This document shows positions 30,034-39,982 of a stretch of 64,000 nt of DNA, one piece after another. Origin of the DNA: a bacterium (GTDB lineage Bacteria > UBA8248); contig OZ244799.1 in NCBI GenBank assembly GCA_965219955.1, forward strand, positions 4,096,001 through 4,160,000, in the 5' to 3' direction. Every line of letters starts with the position of its first letter. The stretch's first letter is position 1. A program made the translations under genes and the position numbers. A model generated the notes under the pieces. That model worked only from the letters and a program-made list of their open reading frames with translations. It ran no database searches and was not told the DNA's origin.

Positions 30034-30065
30034 CGTCTCACCAACCTTATGGATGGAGTCATGTA

Positions 30066-30815
30066 ATGGATCGAGGAATCTGGGCGTCCTGGTACGACCT
30101 GCCCGAGGATAAGAAAGAAGACTACTGCGCCTGGCTGCACGGGCACCACCTGCCGTCGATGCTGCGGCGGGCGGGGTTCCTGTGGGCGGCGCATTACGAG
30201 GTGGCCGGCGAGGGGGCGCAGATGGAGCAGGTGAAGAACACGGCGCTCACCTACACCGCGCCCGGTGAACTGCCCGGCGGCACGGGGTACGTGCTGCTCT
30301 TCGGGGCGGTTTCGCCGCACGTCTTTTTTGACCCCACGCTCGCCGACGTCGCGAAAGAATACGACGATGAGACAAGGGCGATGCTGGGCCTTCGCGAGGG
30401 GTATCGAGAGTGCGTCTTCAGCGAAGAAGCCCGCGTCGACGGCCCCGACGTCGCCGCGAGAGGCCCCGGCATCACGCCCGGCCCCGCGATCCAGATGGGG
30501 CAGTTCATCTCCCGGGACGCGGAGGCCGAGCACGACCTCGGCGCGTGGTACGCGCAGTACCGCCTGAAGTTCATGGAGGGGATGCCCGGCTGCATCGGCG
30601 CGAGAAAGCTGCTCTCCGCCGCCGGCTGGGCCAAGCATTCGATCATGTACGAGTTCACCTCGCTCGAGGCGCGGGAGGCGGGCTTCCAGAAGCACGAGAG
30701 CCTCTCGCTCGATGAGAGCGGCTGGTCGGGCCGGGTGGTGAGGTCGCTCGTCCATGCCCCCGGCAGCCCGAGCGTGGGCCGCCGCCTGTGGCCGCCGGTG
30801 AACCGAGCCTTATAA
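30066..30815 (+). CDS. EthD/DUF4286-like dimeric alpha-beta barrel protein
   Basis: True start ATG 30066 (MDRGIWASWY); WLHGHHLP..GF and WYAQY...MPG repeats. Confidence 0.6.
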   Translation: MDRGIWASWYDLPEDKKEDYCAWLHGHHLPSMLRRAGFLWAAHYEVAGEGAQMEQVKNTALTYTAPGELPGGTGYVLLFGAVSPHVFFDPTLADVAKEYDDETRAMLGLREGYRECVFSEEARVDGPDVAARGPGITPGPAIQMGQFISRDAEAEHDLGAWYAQYRLKFMEGMPGCIGARKLLSAAGWAKHSIMYEFTSLEAREAGFQKHESLSLDESGWSGRVVRSLVHAPGSPSVGRRLWPPVNRAL

Positions 30816-30837
30816 CCCGTATCGGGAGGAATGATTC

Positions 30838-31521
30838 ATGGCGCAACTACCGATTCTGAGTGATGAAGAGGCAGGCCCCGAGGCCACCGTGGTGTTCGAC
30901 GCGAGCCGCAAGATGTTCGGCCGCGTGGCGAACGCCATCCGCGTGAGTTCGGCCAGCCCGAGGATGCTCCAGCCGCTGTTCGGCTTTCTGATCTCGCTGT
31001 GCCGGGCGGAGATCACCGACGTGCTGGACGCGAAGACGAAGGCGCTCCTGATCCTCAAGACCTCGATGGAAAACGGGTGTAAGTACTGAACGGCCCACAA
31101 CGTCACGTTCGGTCGAGCGTGCGGGCTGTCGGATGAGCAGATTGACGCCGTGAGGGACGACGCGTATCAGGATTCGGACCTGTTCTCAGACGCCGAGAAG
31201 GCGGCCATCGCCTGGGCGTATCACCTCACGAAATACACCTTCGCCCAAAACCCGGAAGCTCTCGAGAACATGAAGAAGCACTACGATCACGCCCAACTCG
31301 TCGAGGCGACGCTGGTGTCGGGCTATTTCAACATGTGGAACCGCTTCACCGACGCGCTCGAGACCGACCTCGAAGGCGATGACCAGATGACCCTGTTCAC
31401 CAAATCCGCCGTGATCGACAAACAGGACCTGGCCGATTTCATGAACGAGTGCTGGTGGGCGAAAGAGGGCGCAACTGAAGAAAAACAAGCGCTCCCGGCG
31501 TCCGCCGGTTCTGAGGGGTGA
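30838..31521 (+). CDS. AhpD/carboxymuconolactone decarboxylase family selenoprotein (CxxU), 227 aa with Sec84
   Basis: ORFs 30838-31089 and 31150-31521 are one frame interrupted only by TGA 31087-31089: ENGCKY-U-TAH...GLSDEQIDAV...EKAAIAWA...YFNMWNRF; SECIS-like hairpin follows. Confidence 0.85.
31090..31129 (+). promoter_or_regulatory. Bacterial SECIS-like hairpin
   Basis: Lower stem ACGGCCC/GGGCUGU; upper stem CACGUUC/GAGCGUG; loop GGUC begins 21 nt after UGA. Confidence 0.7.
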
Positions 31522-31571
31522 TTTTTTAGGTTCACGAACGGCGCAGAATGTCTTCCCGGGGAGGACACACC

Positions 31572-32999
31572 ATGAGCACAGATGATATCTGCCGGCTGGA
31601 GCTTCACGAGATTTCTGAAGGAATCGGGAAGGGCGAGCTTTCTCCCGTGGAAGTGGTCGAGGCGTTCCTGCGCCGCATCGATTCGCTCAATCCCACCATC
31701 CTGGGCTTTCTCGAAGTGACGGCGGACGCCGCGCGGGCCGAGGCTGAGCGCGCGCAGGAGGAAATCGCCGCCGGCCGCAGGCTGGGTCCGCTGCACGGGG
31801 TTCCCTACGGGGTCAAGGACATCGTCGACACGGCGGGCGTGCGGACGACGCGCGGGTCGAGTTTCTTCCGCGACAACGTGCCCGAGGAGGACGCGGAGTG
31901 CGTCGCCCGCTTGAAGCGCGCCGGCGCGATTCTTCTCGGTAAATGCCATACCCAGGAGTTCGCCTCGGGGCCGCTGAGCAAAAACGCCCACTTCGGCACG
32001 GCGCGCAACCCGTGGGACACCGAGCGCATGACGGGAGGCTCGAGCACGGGGTCGGGCGCATCGGTCGCCGCCGGCCTTTGCCCCGCCGCCATCGGGACGG
32101 ACACGGGCAGCTCCATCCGCGGGCCTTCGGCGCTTTGCGGGCTCGTGGGGCTCAAGCCCACCCACGGGCGGGTGAGCCTGCGCGGCGTGTGTCCCAACTG
32201 CCTGAGCTACGACCACGTGGGGCCGATAGCGCGCTCAGCGCGCGACGCCGCTCTCTTCTTGCAAGGGATGGCGGGCTACGACGCGAGGGACCCCTACAGC
32301 CGCGACGTGCCGGTCCCCGATTTCTCCGCCCGGCTCGGGGAGGGCGCAGCGGGTTTGAGGGTGGGCCTTTGTCCCGGTCTTTCGGGCGATTTCGAGGCGG
32401 ACGCCGAAGTGACGCAGGCTTTCGAGCGGGCCGTCGGCGTGTTCCGGGAGTCGGGAGCGAGTGTCGAGACGCTGCCCTTCGACGACGCGGAGCGCCTGAT
32501 GGCTGTGAACCGCGTCATCATCCAGTGCGAGTTCGCCGAGTTCCACAGGCCGCTCTATGAACAGGACCCCGACGGCTACGGCCCCTCCACGCGCGAGCGG
32601 GTGGAGGCGAGCCTCGCGGGCGCCGACCTGGACGAGTACATCCGCGCGGGGCGCGAGCGGGAAGTGCTGCGGCGCAAGGTGCTCAGTCTGTTCGAGGGGG
32701 TGGACGTCATTCTGACGCTCGCCCTGCCGTGCATCGCCCCGCGGCTCGACGACTTGATGGCCCACATCAACGGCGAGGAGGTGGATTACTCCCTCGGCCT
32801 CACCATGCCGTACCTCACCCACCAGAACCTGACGGGGTTCCCGGCGGCGGTGGTTCCCACCGGGTTTTCGGAAAAAGAGGGCATGCCCATGTCGCTTCAG
32901 GTGATAGGGCGGCCCTGGGAGGAGGCGGAGGTGCTGCGCGCGGTCCACGCCTACGAGACGGCGACGCCCGAACTGCGGAACCGGCGGCCCGAGTTGTAA
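31572..32999 (+). CDS. Amidase signature family protein
   Basis: GPLHGVPYGVKD, GGSSTGSG, GTDTGSSIRGP motifs. Confidence 0.93.
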   Translation: MSTDDICRLELHEISEGIGKGELSPVEVVEAFLRRIDSLNPTILGFLEVTADAARAEAERAQEEIAAGRRLGPLHGVPYGVKDIVDTAGVRTTRGSSFFRDNVPEEDAECVARLKRAGAILLGKCHTQEFASGPLSKNAHFGTARNPWDTERMTGGSSTGSGASVAAGLCPAAIGTDTGSSIRGPSALCGLVGLKPTHGRVSLRGVCPNCLSYDHVGPIARSARDAALFLQGMAGYDARDPYSRDVPVPDFSARLGEGAAGLRVGLCPGLSGDFEADAEVTQAFERAVGVFRESGASVETLPFDDAERLMAVNRVIIQCEFAEFHRPLYEQDPDGYGPSTRERVEASLAGADLDEYIRAGREREVLRRKVLSLFEGVDVILTLALPCIAPRLDDLMAHINGEEVDYSLGLTMPYLTHQNLTGFPAAVVPTGFSEKEGMPMSLQVIGRPWEEAEVLRAVHAYETATPELRNRRPEL

Positions 33000-33730
33000 G
33001 GGGTTGTTGAAGAAGTTCTTGTCGGGAGGCATCGCTTTTATATCCCCCTGTCAAGGGTTTGTTGAAAAAGCCGGTATGCGGGCCCTACGAAGATCGCTTA
33101 CACAAATGAGAACACCAAAATCACTCCCCCCTTGAGGGGTTGTTGAAAACCCCTCCCGAGGAAGGGAGGGAATCCCGATCATCGAATTGTTTGCCGTAGG
33201 GACAGGCCTCCGTGCCTGTCCTGACGAAGGAGAACCACGGAGGGCAGGACAGGCACGGAGGCCAAGACAACCCTTTTGGGTTGTCCTGCTACAAAACCAT
33301 CGTACCCCCCACCGCTTGAGAGGACTTTTTCAACAACCTCGTCAAGAGGGGTAGGGGGGGTGCCTTTCATGCAGGGGCTGTTTTCCGGCGTCCCTCGATA
33401 CGGCCCTTGCGGGCCTACTCGGGATGAGGAAGTTTTTTTCCCTCACCCTGAGTAGCGGCGAAGCCGCGTATCGAAGGGCAATCGCGCCCAATGCAGAAGC
33501 GATGCGCCGCACGCCGGGGGAGGCCTTTTGACCCTCTCTCTTCGGTCGGGCCAAACCTTCGATACGGCTTTCGGACCTACCCGGGATGAGGTTTTGTGGC
33601 CGCCTGCGTGGTAGAAAGGGGAACCGCCGCGTAATCTGCCATACCATCCGCTCGCCCTCGACTCGAAAACCAACCCCCCCTACCCCCCCCCCTTGACAGG
33701 GGGGTAAAAAAAGGCCTCCCTGTAAGGGTC
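32999..33730. repeat. Intergenic repeat mosaic
   Basis: Three GTTGTTGAA ends, REPs 33196-33292, B modules 33391-33590, poly-C/poly-G hairpin ~33674-33705. Confidence 0.85.
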
Positions 33731-33823
33731 GTTTACCTGATGTTTGTATTCTCCCGCACAGGGCCGCCCGTAAGATTATCCGGTTCAGGCGGCCCGGCGC
33801 CGCCTTGGCAGAAGGAACCAGGT

Positions 33824-34822
33824 ATGCAGATGAAAGCAGCTGTTTATCACGGACCGAGGGACATCCGGGTGGAGCAGGTGGATCGGCCGGGCGCCGGCGA
33901 ACATGACGTTTTGGTGCGCGTCAGGGCGTGCGGCATTTGCGGGTCCGACCTGCACATGTACCGCCTCGGCATGTTCGAGGTGCTGGGGCGGCGGATAGAC
34001 GAGCGCCGCCGCATCATGGGTCATGAACTGAGCGGTGAAATCGTCGAGGTGGGGGAGAAGGTAAGCGGCTTCCGGGTCGGGGACCGCGTCACCGGGCTGG
34101 GCCACGGCGGTTTTGCGGAGTACGTGCCGGTTCGCGCGACCGAGCGCAGCCCGCACATCCTGCCGGAGTCCGTCAGCTTCGAGGAGGGCGCGACGCTCGA
34201 GCCGCTGGCCACCTCCCTGCACGGCGTGTCCCTGGGGCAGCCCGCGGCCGGTGAGACGGTGGTCGTGCTGGGCGCAGGCATCATCGGCTTGGGCTGCATC
34301 CAGGCCATCCGGGCGAGCGTCGACTGCCGCGTCATCGCCGTGGACGCTTCCGAGCGCCGCCTGAGCATGGCCGAACGTCTCGGCGCCGACGCCGTCGTCA
34401 ACCTGAGCGAAACCGACCCGGTGGAAGCCGTGATCGAACTCACGGGCGGCGCCAGGCCGGTGGAGCGTTTCGGCGTACGAGGCGGCAACGCCGATCTGGT
34501 GATCGACTGCGCCGGCGCGCCGTCTTCGCCGAACCAGGGCCTGCTCATGCTGAAGCAGGATTACGGCCGTCTGGTTCTGGTCGCCCTGTTCGAGCATTCT
34601 GCGGATCTGGACTTCAACCAGGTGGTGCGCAAACACGTCGCCATCCATGGGTCCTGGACCTGGACCGGGGACGACTACCGCCGCGCCGTCGAGCTGGTCG
34701 AAAGCGGGGTGGTCCGGCGCGGGCCACTGATTTCCCATGTTTTCGGACTGGATGAAGCTCCCGAGGCGTTCGCGGTTCAGGACAAGCCGGACGCGGCCAT
34801 CAAGGTGATGCTGAAACCCTGA
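33824..34822 (+). CDS. Zinc-binding (MDR) dehydrogenase
   Basis: CGICGSDLH, GHE, GAGIIG motifs; structural Zn Cys4 lobe absent. Confidence 0.9.
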   Translation: MQMKAAVYHGPRDIRVEQVDRPGAGEHDVLVRVRACGICGSDLHMYRLGMFEVLGRRIDERRRIMGHELSGEIVEVGEKVSGFRVGDRVTGLGHGGFAEYVPVRATERSPHILPESVSFEEGATLEPLATSLHGVSLGQPAAGETVVVLGAGIIGLGCIQAIRASVDCRVIAVDASERRLSMAERLGADAVVNLSETDPVEAVIELTGGARPVERFGVRGGNADLVIDCAGAPSSPNQGLLMLKQDYGRLVLVALFEHSADLDFNQVVRKHVAIHGSWTWTGDDYRRAVELVESGVVRRGPLISHVFGLDEAPEAFAVQDKPDAAIKVMLKP

Positions 34823-34883
34823 TATCTGCAGCAATTCGCTCCGCTTGCTTAGTCGGCGTCCCGCGCTCCAGGGATTCGGCTGC

Positions 34884-35489
34884 CTAGTTTTCGTCTTTCC
34901 CCTTGCCGAGCAGTTCGTCTACCAGCTCTTTGCGCTTATAGAGCAGCATCGCGGCGATGATGACGGTGAGGACCATCAGGGGGACGTCTCCCTTGCCGAC
35001 GAAGATGGCGACGCCCGGCATCAAGAGGATGGCGATGAGTTCCGCGTGGTCGCGCCTGCCGGTCAGCGCGGAGATGAGCAGGGCGACGGTGGCGCAGATC
35101 ACCAGGGTGAGCGGCGATACGCCGAGAAGCGCGCCCGACGTGGTCGCCGTTCCGCGTCCGCCCCAAAACCCGTGGAACACGGGCAGTATCTCGCCGAGCA
35201 CCACGCAGACGCAGGCCAGGGCGGCGATCCACGGGGAGTCGCTCATGTACCACGCGAAGGCCAGCGCCAGTTGCGCCTTCAGGAGGTCGGCGATGAAGAC
35301 GAGCGCGCCCACGCCGTCACCCAGGACCATCCAGGCGTTCGCGAAGTCGAGGTTCCCGCTTCCGTATATGCGCAAATCGATCCCGCGCGCCTTGCCGGCG
35401 AACCAGGCCGCGGAAACCGAGCCGATGTCGTAAGTGATACACCCCACGATGATGACAGGGACGAGAATTTCCAAGAAAACCTCCGGCAA
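34884..35489 (-). CDS. plsY: Glycerol-3-phosphate acyltransferase PlsY-like (divergent)
   Basis: IDLRIYGSGN, DLLK, FWGGRGTAT motifs; several canonical residues substituted. Confidence 0.7.
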   Translation of the reverse strand: MPEVFLEILVPVIIVGCITYDIGSVSAAWFAGKARGIDLRIYGSGNLDFANAWMVLGDGVGALVFIADLLKAQLALAFAWYMSDSPWIAALACVCVVLGEILPVFHGFWGGRGTATTSGALLGVSPLTLVICATVALLISALTGRRDHAELIAILLMPGVAIFVGKGDVPLMVLTVIIAAMLLYKRKELVDELLGKGKDEN

Positions 35490-35571
35490 GAAAAATCACG
35501 GCTCCTTATTCTGCAGCATTCTCGCGCGCATGAAAAGCGGTGCGCGCCCAAAGAAGAGTGATCCAAGAGTG

Positions 35572-35710
35572 ATGGGTGAGCGGATCGGTTATATCGGACC
35601 GGGCTTACCGGAGCTTCTGCTGGAAGACGGCCGCGAGGCCTGCGGCTTCGACGTGGACGAGGGCAAGGCCGGGGAGCAGGGAGGCCGTGTTTTTGCAGGG
35701 GCGTATCAAG
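35572..35710 (+). pseudogene. Possible remnant of an NAD(P)-dependent oxidoreductase N-terminus
   Basis: MGERIGYIGPGLPELLLEDGREACGFDVDEGK resembles a degraded Rossmann start, then runs into repeats. Confidence 0.35.
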
Positions 35711-35759
35711 CCTCTTCCCGGGTTTCGTCGGCTCTTTCGTCGGCGAGGAGGTTTCGAAA

Positions 35760-36175
35760 ATTACTCCCCCTCGAGGGGTTGTTGAAAGGATCTTCCGCGA
35801 GGAGGGAGGGAATCCCGATCATCGAATTGTTTGCCGTAGCAGAGACAGGCCCCTGCGCCTGTCTCAGGCCTCCGTGCCTGTCCTGACGAGGGACAACCAC
35901 GGAGGGTTGTCCCTACAACCTCCAACCCTCCTTTATCGGACTTTTTCAACAACCCCTTGAGGGGGTGTTGAAAAGGTCTTCACATCTCCCTCATCCTGAG
36001 TAGCGGCGGAGCCGCGTATCGAAGGATGCCCTCTCGCACGCCGGTAGACGCCTCCCATCCTTCGATACAGCGCTTTCGCGCCTACTCAGGATGAGGTTTT
36101 GTGGCCGTCTGCGCGGCAGGCAGGAGAACCATCGCGCAACCCCCGCTCCCGAATCAGGCTTTTTCAACAGGCCTT
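35760..36175. repeat. Intergenic repeat mosaic
   Basis: GGGGTTGTTGAA...TTCAACAACCCC unit with REPs, then a second unit containing the B pair 35990-36095. Confidence 0.85.
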
Positions 36176-36191
36176 TATCCGGCGGGTCCGG

Positions 36192-37046
36192 CTATTTGTT
36201 GAGAATCTCTTTCTTGCGGCGCTGGAGGAAGACGCTGCGGATCAGGGCGTAGTAGTCCAGGGCGAGGGGATCTTTCCTGAGCATTTCGATGGGTTCGATG
36301 AGACGCTCGCGGGCGTCCACGCCCTCCAGGAGCCTCACCCCGAAAAGAAAGTCCGCCAGGTAGCGGGGGTGGCCGAAGAAGATTTTCTCCGCGTCTTTAC
36401 CGGCGGCGCCCGCGTAGTTGAGCGGATTGAGAATGGCGTCTCCCACCTTGCCCAGGCCGTCGCGGACCGTCGATGGCCCCAGAATGGGCAGCACGAGGTA
36501 TACACTTTCCTCTATGCCCCACACGCCGAGAGTCTGGCCGAAATCCTCGTCGTGATGTGGCACTCCGATACCCGTCGCCACGTCGAACAATCCCCCCACG
36601 CCCAGAGTGGTGTTGATCAAAAACCGGCTCAGGGTCATGCCGGCGCGGTCTCCTTCCCCCTGGAGGACGTCGTTCGCCAATACGAAGGGAGCGTTCAGGT
36701 TGCGCATGAAGTTGCGGAACGAATCGCGGATGGGTTTTGGGAAAATGGCCCGGTATATCTTCGCGAGCGGAAGGAATATGACGGCGTCGAGCGCCTCGTT
36801 GAAATCGAAGACCGCGCGGTTGAAGTCCTCGAACGGGTCTATGGATTCAGTCGCTTGTTCCTCTTCGCCAGGATCGTGGTCCGAACTCCAGGCGATAGAA
36901 GCCGGAGCGATCAAAAGCGCGAGGCTCAAGGCCAGGGCGAGCAGGACGCGCGGCCGCTCATATCGCTGTCTGGTTCCTCTCGTCGGGCGGGACAATGGAA
37001 TTGGCTCCGTTTTCATGTCGTATCGCAACGCTGGAACATCGTGCAC
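36192..37046 (-). CDS. mlaA: VacJ/MlaA family lipoprotein
   Basis: DPFEDFNR, NTTLGVGG, EDFGQTLG, LPILGPSTVRD motifs; start uncertain. Confidence 0.9.
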   Translation of the reverse strand: MHDVPALRYDMKTEPIPLSRPTRGTRQRYERPRVLLALALSLALLIAPASIAWSSDHDPGEEEQATESIDPFEDFNRAVFDFNEALDAVIFLPLAKIYRAIFPKPIRDSFRNFMRNLNAPFVLANDVLQGEGDRAGMTLSRFLINTTLGVGGLFDVATGIGVPHHDEDFGQTLGVWGIEESVYLVLPILGPSTVRDGLGKVGDAILNPLNYAGAAGKDAEKIFFGHPRYLADFLFGVRLLEGVDARERLIEPIEMLRKDPLALDYYALIRSVFLQRRKKEILNK

Positions 37047-37130
37047 CCGGGGTTATCGAAAAAAAGCGCGAAAAACATCATAGCTTGATGAGCGGATGGA
37101 GACCAGAAAATTTCCCGGCGGTTTCGCTCT

Positions 37131-38120
37131 CTACGCCAGAGAACCTCCGCAGGAGGAGCCGGCCCCCGCCGTGCAGCCGAAGCAATGATCGCCCAGCAGA
37201 ATTTCCCGGCCCAGCAGTTCGGCGGGTGCGACGTCCCAGAGTTTCAGGGGCGTCCCGTTACCGAGGGACATGTCGAGCATCTGGTTGAAGTCGCAATCAT
37301 ACAGGACGCCGTCCCATCCCACGCTGATGAGATTTCGGCACATCAGGTCGGGCAGCGTCCCGGGGTTGTAGGCTTCGCGCAAGGTGGTCATATAGGAATC
37401 CAGCTTGCCGCGCACCTTCAGGTAGCTGGCGAAGCGGGTGATGGGCATGTTGGTGATGGTGTAGAGATGGTGAAAGCGGATGCCGTAGCGCTTGAGGAGT
37501 TCGCGCTTGTAGTCCGCCTCGAGCGTTTCCTGGGGCGGCGGGAGATTATCGTCCACGGGGTTGTAGACGAGGTTCAAGGCCAGGTCTCCCGGAGGGCCGA
37601 ACCCCGCCTCGTTCAAATCGCGGAGCGCACGGATGGATTTTTCAAAGACGCCGTCTCCGCGCTGGGTGTTCACGTTTTCCTCGAGATAACAGGGCAGCGA
37701 GCAGATGAGCTCCACGCGGTTCTCGCGGTAGAAGTCGATCAGGTCCTCCTGGCCCGGCTCGTAGACGACCGTGAGGTTGCAGCGGACCATCACGTGGCGG
37801 TCCTTGCGGCGGGCTCTGGTGACGATGCGCCGGAAATGGGCGTTGAGTTCGGGCGCGCCTCCCGTGATGTCGACGTTGGGGATCTGCGTGTCCTCGAGCC
37901 ATTCGATAATGCGGCTCGCCGTCTCCCCGGTCATGATCTCCTTGCGATGCGGGCCCGCGCCCACGTGGCAGTGCGCGCATGTCTGGTTGCAGTATTTGCC
38001 CACGTTGATCTGCAGCGTGGAGAGTTCGGTGCGATCCAGGTGAGGAGCGTCCTCCCGGATGTGGTCCTGGAATTTTAATGCCCCGTTCGAGGACAGGGGC
38101 AGGGAAATGTGTGCGGGCAT
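37131..38120 (-). CDS. arsS: Radical SAM protein, ArsS/DUF3641 family (Cys form)
   Basis: LQINVGKYCNQTCAHCHV, DITGGAPE, YDCDFNQM, HCFGCTAGAGSSCGG motifs. Confidence 0.85.
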   Translation of the reverse strand: MPAHISLPLSSNGALKFQDHIREDAPHLDRTELSTLQINVGKYCNQTCAHCHVGAGPHRKEIMTGETASRIIEWLEDTQIPNVDITGGAPELNAHFRRIVTRARRKDRHVMVRCNLTVVYEPGQEDLIDFYRENRVELICSLPCYLEENVNTQRGDGVFEKSIRALRDLNEAGFGPPGDLALNLVYNPVDDNLPPPQETLEADYKRELLKRYGIRFHHLYTITNMPITRFASYLKVRGKLDSYMTTLREAYNPGTLPDLMCRNLISVGWDGVLYDCDFNQMLDMSLGNGTPLKLWDVAPAELLGREILLGDHCFGCTAGAGSSCGGSLA

Positions 38121-38163
38121 CGTTTCTCCCGAGGAAATGGAATCGCCGGGCGGCGGATTCGGC

Positions 38164-38547
38164 TCAGGCGGTTCGCACCAGTTTTCTGCGAAGCGATTTC
38201 ATGCGTCTTCTCACGCGCTTGAGCTGAACGCCGTCTTTCGCCTCGATATGCTGATCCCGCATGCTCTTGAGATCCTTGATCTGTTGCTTGACGGCGCTCC
38301 TGTCGATTTTGGAGGTGCGCTTCGCCTCGACCAGCGGAATGTCGTTTATCTCCTTGAGCGCCCGGATCAAGTGGGTTTTGTCCATCCCGTGGACGCCCGA
38401 GATCTTGCCGCCGTAGGCCAGGGCGGCTTCCTTGAGCTTGGGCACGTTCATCTTGTCAATCTCTTTGGCCGTCAGAACGGGGCCCGCCTGTTCAGGCGCC
38501 TCGTCTTGTTCCGGCGCTTCAGCTTCGTTTTTTTCTTCTTCCGCCAT
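38164..38547 (-). CDS. Small protein with Rho N-terminal-like domain
   Basis: IDKMNVPKLKEAA...GVHGMDKTHLI; basic C-terminus. Confidence 0.6.
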   Translation of the reverse strand: MAEEEKNEAEAPEQDEAPEQAGPVLTAKEIDKMNVPKLKEAALAYGGKISGVHGMDKTHLIRALKEINDIPLVEAKRTSKIDRSAVKQQIKDLKSMRDQHIEAKDGVQLKRVRRRMKSLRRKLVRTA

Positions 38548-38878
38548 TTTCCCTCTCCAGTGAAGAACGATTTCACCCAGATGCGCAACGATGCGCTTTC
38601 ATGGGGGATGCTCCCGCAGAAACGGGCTGACCGCCAAACCTAGCAAAACGGGGTTCGATGATCAACGGCTTCGCGCGATAGCGGCCCGCCGGGAAACAGA
38701 ACGGGGAAGCCTTGCCGCCTCCGGGCGGGGGGAGCCGCCTCCCGGACCGGGGCGGGGCAGATGTTCCGCCGATGCGCCGATAGTTCTTTTCGACTTGCCC
38801 GGCGGTGGCCGCAATGATAGAAGTTGATTATACGTTATCTTGCAGCGCGGGTTTTCACTGGACTGGAGAGGCGTGGCC

Positions 38879-39892
38879 GTGGCGGACAAACTACTCGAAG
38901 TAAAAGACATGGTGAAACACTTCCCGGTGCGCGGGGGCGTATTCTCCCGGGTCCGCAACTATGTGCGCGCCGTGGACGGGATAAGCTTCGATCTGGAGCC
39001 GAGGGAAACGCTCGGGCTCGTCGGGGAGAGCGGATGCGGGAAGTCCACGACCGGCCGGGCCCTCCTGCGCCTCATCGAGCCGACCTCGGGCGAGGTGAAC
39101 TTCCAGGGCACCGACGTCTGCTCCCTGAACAGGGAGTCGATGCGCAGGCTGAGACGCGAGATGCAGATCATCTTCCAGGACCCGTATGCCTCCCTGAACC
39201 CGCGCATGACGGTGGGCAGCATCGTCGGCGAGCCGCTGACCATCCACGGCATCGCCAAGGGAAAGGAAAAAGAAGAGCAGGTCGCCTCGCTTCTCCACCG
39301 GGTGGGTTTGAGGCCCGAGCATATTCGCCGCTATCCGCACGAGTTCTCGGGCGGACAGCGCCAGCGCATCGGAATCGCCCGCGCCCTGGCGCTCAACCCG
39401 AAACTCATCATCGCGGACGAGCCCGTCAGCGCGCTCGACGTGTCGATTCAGGCGCAGGTGATCAACCTGCTCGAAGACCTGCAGAAAGAGTACGGCATCG
39501 CGTTCGTGCTCATCGCGCACGATCTGGCGGTCGTCCAGCACGTGAGCGATCGAATCGCCGTCATGTATCTGGGCAAGATCGTGGAGATGGCCTCGGCCGA
39601 CAAGGTGGTCATGGAGCCGAAGCACCCCTATACCGAGGCCCTGCTCTCCGCCGTGCCGATCCCGGATCCGACGCTCAAGAAAAAACGCATGATCCTGACC
39701 GGCGACGTGCCCAGTCCCGTGAACCCCCCCTCGGGGTGCCGGTTCCATACGAGATGTCCCTACAAGGAAGACAGGTGCGTCGCGGAGGAGCCGCCGATGC
39801 GTGAGATCAACACGGGTCATTTCGCGGCGTGCCACTTCTCGGAAAAACTCTATGGCGTGGGGCCGAAAACGAACGGGGCGCCCGCGGGCTAG
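38879..39892 (+). CDS. Oligopeptide/dipeptide ABC transporter ATP-binding protein (OppF/AppF-like)
   Basis: [37 protein letters not shown] motifs. Confidence 0.93.
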   Translation: MADKLLEVKDMVKHFPVRGGVFSRVRNYVRAVDGISFDLEPRETLGLVGESGCGKSTTGRALLRLIEPTSGEVNFQGTDVCSLNRESMRRLRREMQIIFQDPYASLNPRMTVGSIVGEPLTIHGIAKGKEKEEQVASLLHRVGLRPEHIRRYPHEFSGGQRQRIGIARALALNPKLIIADEPVSALDVSIQAQVINLLEDLQKEYGIAFVLIAHDLAVVQHVSDRIAVMYLGKIVEMASADKVVMEPKHPYTEALLSAVPIPDPTLKKKRMILTGDVPSPVNPPSGCRFHTRCPYKEDRCVAEEPPMREINTGHFAACHFSEKLYGVGPKTNGAPAG

Positions 39893-39982
39893 GCGGTTCT
39901 ACGCGTTGCCCGGCGATATGAGGGCGTATCGCTTTTCTTCGAGCGGGGCGTATCGCCCGGCTGGGGCATCGGCCGACGTGTG

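Noticed and set aside
29520-30065. N-terminal extension of the 431-aa ORF, or TAG read-through of the cupin
   Set aside because: It overlaps the cupin gene in another frame; the real start is 30066, and read-through of the cupin TAG hits TAA within 11 codons
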